From: a virus
Reading direction: 5' to 3' (one strand)
Length of the DNA: 64,000 bases
IMG/VR virus record: IMGVR_UViG_3300044691_000116
Coordinates: 1 to 64,000 of that record
Numbering within the stretch: position 1 is the stretch's first letter; each line of letters opens with the position of its first letter. This document shows positions 26,093 to 35,359 of this stretch, piece by piece. The notes beneath the pieces are model-generated. The model was not told the DNA's origin and ran no database searches. It saw nothing but the letters and a program-made list of their open reading frames with translations. The position numbers and the translations under genes were made by a program.

Positions 26093-26842
26093 TCAGATCA
26101 CCGTTCCTGTGTGGCCCGTTGAGGTCATCGTGCCGTGGTCGTGTTCGTGGTTCGGGCCGACGTCCTTGGTCTGAGCAAGGAGTTGCGTCGTGGCGTTCAC
26201 CGTCGGCGCCAACACGGTGCCAGTGGACGTAACGTTGCCGTTGTTCACCTGATTCCCGTTGACCGTGAAGGTTGGCGTCGTGATCGCAGCCGATGTCGTC
26301 GCGGCAATCTCGAGCGTCGCGCAGCTGATCTGCACGTCTGGCGCCTCGAGCTTCACCAGCGTCGGCGAATGGAGCGTGATGCCGGCGTCAGAGAACTGCA
26401 CGTACTGCGTCGGCGCAGCATTCAGTACGCCTCCGAGGTACAGGCCGTCGGCCATGTCGAAACGCCGCGCGCTGCCGGGATTCGCTTGTCCCTTGTTGGC
26501 CGTCACGCTGCTGATGTCGCGATCGGCAAAGAGCGCAATGCCGAGGTCGCCGACTTGCGGATCCAAGATTACGGCGTTCGCCCCGCCCTGGAGACGAAAA
26601 TATGGACACTTGTAGATCGTTCCGTGTGGCACCGCCACGCCGGCGCCGTCGACTTGGTTGACCAGCGGCAGGAGGTCGACGAAGCCGACAGGAGACACGC
26701 CGCCGGCGTTCGTCACGGCCATCACCTTCGCAAGCGTGCAGGTCGCAAGGCGCTTGAGCAGCGCTTGCACCATGAAGGCCTGCGCGTTGAAATCGGACGC
26801 TGCTGTGCCGGGTCTCTGGAACCCGTTGAAGCCGTCAGCCAT
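26093..26842 (-). CDS. baseplate central spike (Gp138-like)
   Basis: RLQGG.NAVILDPQVGDLG...ADRDIS; C-terminal HxH metal-binding tip. Confidence 0.88.
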   Translation of the reverse strand: MADGFNGFQRPGTAASDFNAQAFMVQALLKRLATCTLAKVMAVTNAGGVSPVGFVDLLPLVNQVDGAGVAVPHGTIYKCPYFRLQGGANAVILDPQVGDLGIALFADRDISSVTANKGQANPGSARRFDMADGLYLGGVLNAAPTQYVQFSDAGITLHSPTLVKLEAPDVQISCATLEIAATTSAAITTPTFTVNGNQVNNGNVTSTGTVLAPTVNATTQLLAQTKDVGPNHEHDHGTMTSTGHTGTVI

Positions 26843-27698
26843 TGAGACTCGCCCCGCTGAAGCGCGTGTACCACTGGCCGCCCGGGTCTTCGCTCTGGAG
26901 TTCGTGGCTCATGTTGAAGACCTGCCATGTGCCGTTGGCGACTTCCAGGCCGCTCTTGACCTGCACCTTGCCGCCCGGGCGAAGCAGTGGGTTGAACAGC
27001 GTCGTCAGCTCGATCCCGTAGACGCTGGTCGAGTAGTTTGGGTAGCCGACCATTCCCGTCTCCGGAGAGATCAAGGGAATCGAGCCGCCGCGCGTGCCGC
27101 CGATCGGGAAGATGGCCAGCGTTCCGTCATCGATCACCCATTCGAACTTGCCGGCCTCCGCGCACCGCTGAGCCTGCTCGCGAGGTGATCCCGGGAAGTA
27201 CGGCGTCGCCAGCTGCACAGAGACGCCGTTGTTCTCGAAGGCGTAGCCCATCAGGAACGCGAGATTCGACATGATCACGGCCGCGTTAGCACTGCCGGGG
27301 TAGCTGGATGGCGGCACGTTCTGCACGGCCGCGAAGGCGCCGGCTTGGGCCAGCACCATCAGCGCGGTGTCGGGCGCCGTGTTCAGCATGATCTGGCTGA
27401 CCTGGATTTGCCCCTGAAAGACAGTGGACATGCCTGAGATGTCGTCGCCGGCCAAGACAATGATCGTGTTCCGGCGGGTTGCCATGGTCGCTTGGTTGAG
27501 CGAGGACAGCTGATTCATCAGCGATGGCGTCAAGCCGTGAACGCGGATCTGCGCTTCGCCCATGCCGGGGCCGAAGACCTTGTCGATGTGGGCTTGCACG
27601 CGCAAGCCCTCCACCGTCACCGTGTTCGTGCCGCTCTCGCCAAACGTGCCGGTGCCGAGTTGGAATGTCAGGCTGACGCGACGCCGAACGAACGTCAT
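26835..27698 (-). CDS. baseplate hub protein
   Basis: Position; VFQGQI, ISPETGMVGYP and LFNP motifs. Confidence 0.8.
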   Translation of the reverse strand: MTFVRRRVSLTFQLGTGTFGESGTNTVTVEGLRVQAHIDKVFGPGMGEAQIRVHGLTPSLMNQLSSLNQATMATRRNTIIVLAGDDISGMSTVFQGQIQVSQIMLNTAPDTALMVLAQAGAFAAVQNVPPSSYPGSANAAVIMSNLAFLMGYAFENNGVSVQLATPYFPGSPREQAQRCAEAGKFEWVIDDGTLAIFPIGGTRGGSIPLISPETGMVGYPNYSTSVYGIELTTLFNPLLRPGGKVQVKSGLEVANGTWQVFNMSHELQSEDPGGQWYTRFSGASLNG

Positions 27699-28015
27699 GC
27701 CGGAAGACCCGCTGCCGTAAGGTCTGTGGCCTCGATGTACATCAGCAGAAAACGCGTGCCGAGACCAGGACTCGACGGATCATCGGTGCCCTGCGTGTCC
27801 TGGAACATCAGCTCACCCGCGAAGCCCAGGTAGTCGGAAATGACGACCCGGCTCAGATTGCGACAGGCCACGCCGCCGACGATCAGGACATCACTGACGT
27901 ACAGGTCGCAGTAGAAGCCGGTCGACTTCGTGTACAGGTTGATCGTGCAGGCCTGCCCACCGAGATTCACGGACAGCGTCTGCGAGACGACGTCGACCAA
28001 GGGAATGATCTGCAT
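27695..28015 (-). CDS. baseplate plug-like protein
   Basis: Q.LSV.LGGQ.C.I...YLGF.G.L.F.DTQG..DP...GLG.RF. Confidence 0.75.
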   Translation of the reverse strand: MQIIPLVDVVSQTLSVNLGGQACTINLYTKSTGFYCDLYVSDVLIVGGVACRNLSRVVISDYLGFAGELMFQDTQGTDDPSSPGLGTRFLLMYIEATDLTAAGLPA

Positions 28016-28692
28016 CAGGGCACCACCGTCGCACCGCCGGCGAAGGCGTCGGAAAGCTTTTCGAGCGCGGTTGCTGGCTGAGTGGTCTGCGCCGGCGTGG
28101 GCTTCTGGGGCTGGACGGTACCCGCGCTGACCGGGTCCGCCCCGCTAGGCTTGGCTGGAGACTTGATCGCCGCAACAGGTGCGCCGCCACCTGTTGTAGT
28201 GGTGAACAGCGGCGCCAGGGCTTGCCGAACTTCGCTGAACGCCAGCTGCACCGTCAGCAGCGTGACCCCGTTGTGAGCCGACCGCTGATAGCTGTACTGG
28301 ATGATGTTGGCGTTTGAGTAGGTCGCCTCGGGGGTGACGATGTCGTACAGGTTCAGCGACTTCGCGGCGGCGTCGACGGCGGCCAGGAACGCTTGCCTCT
28401 CGCTGCTGCTGTGGCCGCCCTTGGTCATCGAGATTCGCGAATCGAAGGGAGAAGCGACCTTGTTGTACGACTGGAAGGCCCCCGCCTCTTGCGGCGCATT
28501 CGAAATCCGCCAGTCGTTCTTGTATTCGACCTTGACGATCGAATCTGCTGCGATGGCCAGCGCGCCCTTGAGGTAGATGCCCCATGTCGGCTTCGCCGCC
28601 TGCGCCTGAACGCCCGGCGCATCCGATGTCATCAGCGCCGGCGCGGGGGGTGCTGGCGCGGGGGTCAGCAGCGACGGAACGCCATTGGCCAT
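28015..28692 (-). CDS. tail tube initiator / Dit-like protein
   Basis: ISNAP.E.GAFQSYNKV..P and LYDIVTPE.TY.N; follows the tape measure gene. Confidence 0.78.
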   Translation of the reverse strand: MANGVPSLLTPAPAPPAPALMTSDAPGVQAQAAKPTWGIYLKGALAIAADSIVKVEYKNDWRISNAPQEAGAFQSYNKVASPFDSRISMTKGGHSSSERQAFLAAVDAAAKSLNLYDIVTPEATYSNANIIQYSYQRSAHNGVTLLTVQLAFSEVRQALAPLFTTTTGGGAPVAAIKSPAKPSGADPVSAGTVQPQKPTPAQTTQPATALEKLSDAFAGGATVVP

Positions 28693-30326
28693 CAGTTCAC
28701 CCCGCTATTGGCCTGCGAGGCGAAGGCGAAGTTACGCATTTCGCGGCCGATGTCGCGAGCGATGCCCTTGGCGTCCGTGGCCGCAGTGTGCACATGGATG
28801 TCGCCGGTCGTCACGTGCGTGGATCCGCTGCCGCCCTGCCCTGCGCCCATGTTGCCCATGATCCCGTTGATGTACCCCCGGGTTTCGTCGGGCATGTAGC
28901 CCTTGGCGAGGTTGCCGGGGCCTTCGTTGTAGGCGGCCAGCGCCATCGGCAGGTTGCCGCCATAGCGCTTGAGCAGGTCGCTCAGAAGGTGCGCAGCAGC
29001 AGCGGCCGATTCTGTCGGGTCGTCAGGATTCTTCAGGCCGTACTGTGCAGCGGTGCCGGGCATGAACTGGAACGGGCCGCGCGCGCCAGCCGAGCTCACA
29101 GCACCCACTCCGGAGCCCTTGCCGGTTTCTTGGTTCTTCACAGCGGACAGCAGGCCCGCCGGCAGACCCCAAGCCTGCTCAAGCGCGGAATACGAGGATC
29201 CGCCACCCGAGTGGAAGGGATCGAAGCCGGCAACGTCTCCGAGTCGGCCCTGAGCGCTGGCGCTGAGCGTCACACCATCGCGGCTCTTGGCCTGAACAAG
29301 ATCGATCGTCGCCTTGACCAGGCCATAGACCTCATACAGGGATGCCGCTGCGATGCCGAGCATACCCAGGCGCCCCATGAGCGTTGCCGCCGCCGTGCCG
29401 ACCACGCCCATCGCGCCAGACCAGCCGGCGGCCCATGTCGCCAGTTTGAACCCGGTCAGCACAGTCGCTGTCGAGATGAGCGCAAGCAGTAGGCCATTGG
29501 CGTACGGGACATGCTGCTCCAGGAATCCGAAGACGGATTGCAGGCCCCTGAGGAAGGACACGAGCGCCGGCGTCACTTCGTTGGCGATCTTTCGCCCGAA
29601 GCCGACCATCGTCTCCGTCAAGTCGTTCCAGGCCTTCTCGCGGGACATGGCAATGTCTGCGTCTTCCTTGGAGACGACGTTCATCTTCTTCTGTTGGTCG
29701 ACCAGATCGCCGAGGGCGAAGCGGGTCTGCAGAAGGATGTTCAATGACTCTTCGCTGAAGCCGGCTTGCTGCCCGAAGCGCTGCGCATCCTGCGGCGTCA
29801 GTTTCTTCAGGGCGTCCGACAGCATCAACAGGCGTTGCGTGTAGGTCGTCGCCTTGTCATTGAATTTGCCGATGTCCAGGCCGGCACGCGCGAGAGGCGT
29901 CAGGGCTTCCGACCCGCCGGTGAGTTTGATGTCCTCGAGGATCTTGTTGACGCCGCGAAACATGCCGTCGGCATCGCCCGAGCTCGCGCCCAGGCGTTTT
30001 GCGACACCCTCCCAGGCGGACAGTTCTTCCGTCGCGACGCCGAGGTTCTTCGACAGCCGGCCAACCGCGGCGTCGTTGGCGGTCAGGTACTGCAGGAAGT
30101 CTTTGCCGGCGACCGCCCCGATGATGGCCGCGGTGATCTCGAGGATGCCGTCGCGAACCTTCTTGTAGCTCTCGGCCGTGCGCTTGGCGGCGTCGTCGAG
30201 TTCCTTCTGCTGCTTCCGAGCGGCTTTGCCGGTCTTCCCTAGCGCCTCTTGAGCATCTTTCTGGCCCTTGGTGAAGCCAGTTGCGTCCAAACCCAGGGTT
30301 ACGAACAAGGCGTCAATGATGTTCAT
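28692..30326 (-). CDS. tape measure protein with lytic transglycosylase domain
   Basis: IIDAL.VTLGLD N-terminus; QET, GARGPFQFMPGTA and ALAAYN.G.G motifs. Confidence 0.9.
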   Translation of the reverse strand: MNIIDALFVTLGLDATGFTKGQKDAQEALGKTGKAARKQQKELDDAAKRTAESYKKVRDGILEITAAIIGAVAGKDFLQYLTANDAAVGRLSKNLGVATEELSAWEGVAKRLGASSGDADGMFRGVNKILEDIKLTGGSEALTPLARAGLDIGKFNDKATTYTQRLLMLSDALKKLTPQDAQRFGQQAGFSEESLNILLQTRFALGDLVDQQKKMNVVSKEDADIAMSREKAWNDLTETMVGFGRKIANEVTPALVSFLRGLQSVFGFLEQHVPYANGLLLALISTATVLTGFKLATWAAGWSGAMGVVGTAAATLMGRLGMLGIAAASLYEVYGLVKATIDLVQAKSRDGVTLSASAQGRLGDVAGFDPFHSGGGSSYSALEQAWGLPAGLLSAVKNQETGKGSGVGAVSSAGARGPFQFMPGTAAQYGLKNPDDPTESAAAAAHLLSDLLKRYGGNLPMALAAYNEGPGNLAKGYMPDETRGYINGIMGNMGAGQGGSGSTHVTTGDIHVHTAATDAKGIARDIGREMRNFAFASQANSGVN

Positions 30327-30328
30327 GG

Positions 30329-30942
30329 TCAGTCCACCTTGTTCGCGAGGCGCTGATTGAACGCGTCGACGGTCATGATCTCGAGGAAATCGAACAGGTC
30401 TTCGACCCCGTAGACCGTCCCAAGCTCATGCAATGTCGCGAGCCTCAGCGGGCTAGCCAGCACGGAAGCGATCGTGCGCGGCACGTTCACACACTGAGCG
30501 AAGCGCCGGCCGCCACCGCCGCCGAACTCGTCGATGTCGAGCGGGCGGCGCGTGCGAAAAAATCGGTGTGCAGTTCGAACACCTGTTTGCGCAGGTAGAA
30601 GCGCGTCGCCACTTCCTCGATGTCCGATTCCACGAGGTTACGAATTACCTTGGGCTGCCCGGGATCCGGAATGAACTGAACGCACCCCATCATCTCGTCG
30701 AGCAGCGGCTTTGCGTCGGCATAGTTCATGCTGCCCAGAAGGGTCTTGAAGCCGAGGATCGCGATGCCCGCGATGCTCTGCGGGATCTGATCCGGGATCT
30801 CGGCGCCGCCCTTGGCAATGGCCATGAAGGCGCGGATGGCCCAGGCCTCGGCTTGCGTCGCCGGCATTTCGGTCAGCAAGAACGTGCGCCCCTTGTCACG
30901 CCCTTCGGCGTCGATCGCGACGCAAGAGACCTTGCGCCCCAT
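30329..30942 (-). CDS. tail assembly chaperone pair (short form 30487-30942; -1 frameshift-extended form to 30329)
   Basis: Slippery T-TTT-TTC at 30556-30562; the -1 frame stays open (...ATLHELGTVYGVEDLFDFLEI...KVD*) up to the tape measure start. Confidence 0.85.
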
Positions 30943-31376
30943 TACAGCGGCGCTCCGACCATCTTGTTCCAGGTGATCACAAAGCTTCTCGGCTGCAGGA
31001 TCTTCTTGGCGTCAGGCATCATCGAGAAGCTCGAGAGAACACCATTCGTCAGCGTCCACGTCGCGCCCAGGCCGGGCAGCGTGATGACGGCGCCGGCGGT
31101 GAACTTGTCGCGAGCCTGCTCTTCGGCGTTGATCCAGTCATCGAAGATCGTCGCCGACGGGCTGTTGGCCTGGATGTGAAACGTCTGCACGCGCGTCGTG
31201 AAGACGTAGCCGTACGACATGACGCCGTCGGCACCCATGACGACCTCGGCATTCGAGACCATGGCCGTATCGAAGATGTCCTCGGCGGCGAACTCTTGCA
31301 GTTGCTGGGGCGAGTCGTAGAGACCCGCGACGGTCAGCATGATGATGCTGTTGGCGGAAGTGAGATTGTTGGCCAT
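30942..31376 (-). CDS. tail tube protein
   Basis: TSAN, MGADG.MS.G and QANSPS...FD motifs; follows the sheath gene. Confidence 0.82.
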   Translation of the reverse strand: MANNLTSANSIIMLTVAGLYDSPQQLQEFAAEDIFDTAMVSNAEVVMGADGVMSYGYVFTTRVQTFHIQANSPSATIFDDWINAEEQARDKFTAGAVITLPGLGATWTLTNGVLSSFSMMPDAKKILQPRSFVITWNKMVGAPL

Positions 31377-31399
31377 GGCTTGTTCCTATTCGTGTCGGG

Positions 31400-32902
31400 T
31401 CACTGCACTTCGACGCTAGCCAGATTGATCTTGTTGACCGATCCGCCGTCCATGTACCAGAGCGTGCAGGGCGGTGATTTCCGCTGCCCACGCACCAGCG
31501 CAGTCGCATCGAGGATCTGGAGATACCAACCTTGCGACGACAAGGTCGTGTCGATCTTGGTTCCCGCCGCGTTGTTGACCTCGGAGATCTGGAGCGCCGA
31601 CAACGTCACGCCCGGCTGGATCGCGCCGAAGTTGACGCCTTGGTTGATCGGGTCCATGCATGCCGCGTAGATCGCGGCTCGGCCCGGGGCGTTGTAGGGG
31701 ATGCTTTTGAACGCCACCAGCAGTTGCACCAGCGCCAGCTGCAGCGCGTTGTTCAGCCAGATCTGGTTGACGTAGGAGTCCATCCACTTGAAGGGGCCAG
31801 ACACGCGGCCATCCTGGAAGTTCTGGAAGTTCTGGTTGCGCGTAGCGATGGCGACGTAGGCGTTGTAGCCATTGGCGACGAGGTTCGAGTACGACGTGAC
31901 GTCGGTGACGTCGGGCGACAGCCCAGTCTGCGAGCGCCAAGCGAAGTTCGTTCGGCCATTCTTCTGCGTGAAGTCGACCGCGGCCACCGCACCAGAGATG
32001 AACGCCGCCTTGTCGTAGGTCGGCGCGTAGATCGGGCACGTGCCGGAGCTGTTCGAGGCACCCAGGAGATAGGCCAAGCTGGTCGTCGCCGTGGCGGAAC
32101 TCAGCGGCGCCAGATCCGGATCCCACGCGATATAGGCGAAGCCGTTGCCCTGCGCGTTCGTCCAGGCGGCGAAGGCCTGCTTCAGGGTGTTTCCGCTGCC
32201 GCCGTCCGGATCGAAGATCGTGAAGAACGTGGCCCAGTTTTGCGTCACACCAGCGACCGAGTCCATGAACGTGCCCGGAACCGCAGCGATCGCACCCTGC
32301 GAGTTCACGGCGCCATCGGCCAGCCGCAGGTTCAACGCATCCGCCAGCGTGCCCGACGCGAAGCTGATCGTGGAGCTCACGCCCGTCGTGGCGCTGGTCA
32401 GGAGAAAGCCCGACGACACACTGTCGAAGACGAGCGTGAAGCCCGGCGACGTGAAGGCCGCCAGGGTGATGGTCGCCGCGTTGCTGAAGCTGGTGGCCGC
32501 CGAGAGGTTGATCGTGCTCGAGGTCTTGACAACGCCGTCGACAGTCACGATGAGCGTACCGGTCAGGGCCTGCAGCTGCGTCAGCGTCATGGCCGACAGG
32601 GAGGCGCCCCGAAGCCATGCCGCTACCGGGCCGGTGTTGTACTGGGCCATGAGCAGCCCGCCCGGCTTGACGTTCGAGTTGTCGAAGCCGGCGAAGTAGA
32701 TGGCCGCCATCGCTGCTTCCGCCGAGGCGCCTCCGAAGTACGCCGAGACCGAGGTCGCGGCCGGGAACTGGAGGACGGATCCAATCGGGATGCGCGTGCT
32801 CGTGGTCAGCGCAAGGCCGTTCAGGTCAAGGGCCGATCCGCCGGCGCTGATGACGCCCGGCACGATCGACACGAAATAGCTGGCGGGAATGGATTTCGTC
32901 AT
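31400..32902 (-). CDS. tail sheath protein (DUF3383-like)
   Basis: SIPAS..V...PGVISAGG, TQNWATF, W.DSYVNQIWLN and WY.DGGSV. Confidence 0.9.
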   Translation of the reverse strand: MTKSIPASYFVSIVPGVISAGGSALDLNGLALTTSTRIPIGSVLQFPAATSVSAYFGGASAEAAMAAIYFAGFDNSNVKPGGLLMAQYNTGPVAAWLRGASLSAMTLTQLQALTGTLIVTVDGVVKTSSTINLSAATSFSNAATITLAAFTSPGFTLVFDSVSSGFLLTSATTGVSSTISFASGTLADALNLRLADGAVNSQGAIAAVPGTFMDSVAGVTQNWATFFTIFDPDGGSGNTLKQAFAAWTNAQGNGFAYIAWDPDLAPLSSATATTSLAYLLGASNSSGTCPIYAPTYDKAAFISGAVAAVDFTQKNGRTNFAWRSQTGLSPDVTDVTSYSNLVANGYNAYVAIATRNQNFQNFQDGRVSGPFKWMDSYVNQIWLNNALQLALVQLLVAFKSIPYNAPGRAAIYAACMDPINQGVNFGAIQPGVTLSALQISEVNNAAGTKIDTTLSSQGWYLQILDATALVRGQRKSPPCTLWYMDGGSVNKINLASVEVQ

Positions 32903-32951
32903 GGACGCTCCGGGTCAGGTTGTTGCGGGCGTGCCGCGGCGAACAGAAATG

Positions 32952-32975
32952 AAATAGCCGCCCGAAGGCGGCTAG
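32952..32975 (-). terminator. intrinsic terminator-like hairpin
   Basis: TAGCCGCC-TTCG-GGCGGCTA-TTT on the minus strand. Confidence 0.65.
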
Positions 32976-32995
32976 TGCGGTTAGTGCGGCGCCGG

Positions 32996-33541
32996 TCAGG
33001 GCGCGTAGGTGGCGTCGACGTTGATCACGCCGACCGTCAGGTGATCCGCGAAGTCCTGCGCTGTCGTAACGACAGGGTTGCAATGCAGATTCGCGTCCAC
33101 CGTGTAGCGCTTCTCGACTTGGCGCCCCTCGTTGACGAACGGGATCTGTCGCGGCTCACTCGTGTAGAGCGGCGTCACGTCAAAGCCCGAGGTGGCGAAC
33201 TGGTCGCACCCATAGCTCGAGCGGAACAGCGTCGTGAAGACCTGCGCGTTGTCGGCTGCCAGCGGGCCGTGGATGTCGATCTGCACCGTCACTTGTGTGG
33301 GCTGCATGTCGGCGCGTGTCTGCGGGTTGGACGGGTAGCCGTCCGTGAAGGCCGTCAGGTTCGTCGCCAGGCGCGTCTTCAGGATCGGCGTCATGACGAT
33401 GTAGTTGTCGGCGGTCGGCGCGGGGACGCGGTTGTCCTGGCCGACGACGACCGTCGTTCCGGCCGGCATGATCGCGACAAGGAAGTTCCCAAGCGCCGTG
33501 AGGGTCTGGCTCTCGGTGAGGCTGAGGGTCGGAGCGGTCAC
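32996..33541 (-). CDS. neck/tail terminator protein
   Basis: GQ.NRVP.P, VQID..G and TLFRS motifs; gene position. Confidence 0.75.
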   Translation of the reverse strand: MTAPTLSLTESQTLTALGNFLVAIMPAGTTVVVGQDNRVPAPTADNYIVMTPILKTRLATNLTAFTDGYPSNPQTRADMQPTQVTVQIDIHGPLAADNAQVFTTLFRSSYGCDQFATSGFDVTPLYTSEPRQIPFVNEGRQVEKRYTVDANLHCNPVVTTAQDFADHLTVGVINVDATYAP

Positions 33542-33915
33542 GACTTCTGCCTAAGAATTGCAGCGTGGGTCCAGCCGTCGATTCGCGCCCAGTCTTCCAG
33601 TACCACCACCACCAACCAGATCGACCCATCCGGGAGGGTGATCAGGTCGCCGCCCGTGTTGTCCGGCCGGCTGACGCCCTCCAACAGGCCGTTGACGTAG
33701 ATCGCAAGTTTCTCGCCCTGCAGGTTCAAACTTGATATTTGCTCCAATTCGGGCGAGCTCAGCGCCTGGACGTCGGCCTTCATGGTCGTCGTCGAATAGG
33801 TCGGCGTCCGCGTGAAATCAGCGTTCTGGGTCGATCCCGTGCTGTGCCGAACGGTCACCGTGAGCGGCGGGCTGATGACCCGCACTGCGCCGGCGGCGAG
33901 CGCGTTGAGGTTCAC
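33538..33915 (-). CDS. head closure/collar protein
   Basis: VQAL, LNLQG, GGDL and WLVV.VLE.W motifs. Confidence 0.75.
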   Translation of the reverse strand: MNLNALAAGAVRVISPPLTVTVRHSTGSTQNADFTRTPTYSTTTMKADVQALSSPELEQISSLNLQGEKLAIYVNGLLEGVSRPDNTGGDLITLPDGSIWLVVVVLEDWARIDGWTHAAILRQKS

Positions 33916-34457
33916 TCCGCGTCTCCGACGATGCTGGTCAAGGTCGAGATGAGCAGGCCGGAATCATGCAAGGCTTGCGTGCGGCTGCTGCCCTCTTCGC
34001 CCGCGGCCACGCGCGCCGCGGCCTCTCCGACAACCCGGCCGGTGACGACCAGCGACGGATCCGCATCGCGCATCTTGCGCAGCATCAGGGTGATGTCCGA
34101 CAACTTGGTGAAGTCGCCGCTCGCGAGCGTGACGCCAATATCAGCCGAAGCCTGTAAACCGACGCCCTCGAGGACATCGTTGGCGTCCGCATTGCCCTTG
34201 ATCACCGCGCGCACGCCGTCGGCCATCACCTTGACCCAGGCCGCCTTGCGGTCGGCGATGGTCGGGCGAATGAAGGGCCGCGGCGGAATGCCGTTGGCCG
34301 GAGAGCCGTTCTCCTGGATCGTAGCGACGTACGCTACAGGCGTGCCGTCTTTGTACTGCGCGGACGGGAACCAGCCGACCTTGGCGACGCGATCGGCGAA
34401 CCCATCCGGGATGGCATCGAGCTTCGCCTTGATCTTGTCGAAGTTCAGCTCTTTCAT
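33912..34457 (-). CDS. neck/virion morphogenesis protein
   Basis: KVGW...A.Y.DGTPVAYVA.IQE.G...IPPRPF.RPT...L.DSG.L. Confidence 0.8.
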   Translation of the reverse strand: MKELNFDKIKAKLDAIPDGFADRVAKVGWFPSAQYKDGTPVAYVATIQENGSPANGIPPRPFIRPTIADRKAAWVKVMADGVRAVIKGNADANDVLEGVGLQASADIGVTLASGDFTKLSDITLMLRKMRDADPSLVVTGRVVGEAAARVAAGEEGSSRTQALHDSGLLISTLTSIVGDAE

Positions 34458-34885
34458 CAGAATCGGCCGCCACTTTTGCGGAACGCAGCGCGCTCGAGCG
34501 ACCCGCCGATGATGAGACCGCCGGCAACCCGCTGACTCAGCAGAGCCCAGAGCTGCAGGCCGTACGGAGTCGTTGCCAGCCAGAACTGCCAGCCACTCGT
34601 GGCCGGCGGGGGCTGCATCGAGATGGTCACGCTGCCTTGCGTGGCTCCGGTGACTGGCGCGGCCGTGGTCTGGCCAGCCGCCAGCATGTTCGAGAGCTGC
34701 GTCAGGTGCGCAGTCATCAGGTTCAGGGCCAACTGCAACTGAGCGCCCGACAGGATGCACCCGTCATTCGCATTCATGTACGCCGTCGCCATCGTCCAAT
34801 AGTTCCCCAGCTGCGTGGGGTTCTGTGCGGCGAGCGCCGGGAACGACGACTGGAACAGCGTCAGATCGAACGTGTGCAGGGCCAT
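34457..34885 (-). CDS. head-tail adaptor (DUF4054-like)
   Basis: L..AHL..L, A..GSV.IS and W...TPYG...W motifs. Confidence 0.8.
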   Translation of the reverse strand: MALHTFDLTLFQSSFPALAAQNPTQLGNYWTMATAYMNANDGCILSGAQLQLALNLMTAHLTQLSNMLAAGQTTAAPVTGATQGSVTISMQPPPATSGWQFWLATTPYGLQLWALLSQRVAGGLIIGGSLERAAFRKSGGRF

Positions 34886-34892
34886 GACATGC

Positions 34893-35279
34893 TCAAGAGT
34901 TCTTCGCCGACGGCTTGGCCGTGGTTTCTTCGTTCACTCCGATGTAGTCGGCGGGCGTCTTCGGGCTCGACGGGTCGGCGCGGTTCATGTCGGCGGCGAC
35001 CTTTTCGACGTCGGTCGACTTTTTTTGCACGGACATGTGCCCGTTCGTCTTGTGCAGCAGGAACACGTTGTTCTTGTGCAGCATCTCGAGCTCGGCGTCG
35101 TCCACCTCGGTCATGACGCCGAGCGGTGTAACGATGCGGTCATTGGCAACGCCAGCGCCGCCCTTGATGAAGACCGTCGGGCCTTCGGAGGCCATCGCGC
35201 CAGCATCGGCACCCGGAATCCAGTGCGTGTATCGCATGTCCGTCGCCAGGGTCGAGAACACGAAATGTCGTTGGGCCAT
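34893..35279 (-). CDS. hypothetical head-module protein
   Basis: V.IKGGAGVAN...TP.G..T; directly after the major capsid gene. Confidence 0.7.
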   Translation of the reverse strand: MAQRHFVFSTLATDMRYTHWIPGADAGAMASEGPTVFIKGGAGVANDRIVTPLGVMTEVDDAELEMLHKNNVFLLHKTNGHMSVQKKSTDVEKVAADMNRADPSSPKTPADYIGVNEETTAKPSAKNS

Positions 35280-35296
35280 CTTTCACTTCTCCAATG

Positions 35297-35329
35297 AAAA
35301 AGGCCCCGCGGGATTGCCGCGAGGCCTTC
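35297..35329 (-). terminator. terminator downstream of major capsid gene
   Basis: AGGCCTCGCGG...CCGCGGGGCCT-TTTT on the minus strand. Confidence 0.65.
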
Positions 35330-35359
35330 GGGGTTGAAACGCTCAGTACGGCGCGAATT

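Noticed and set aside
24118-33700. Long + strand ORFs (704 aa, 722 aa) opposite the tail genes
   Set aside because: Arg/Gly-rich shadow ORFs expected from GC-rich codon bias; no motifs.
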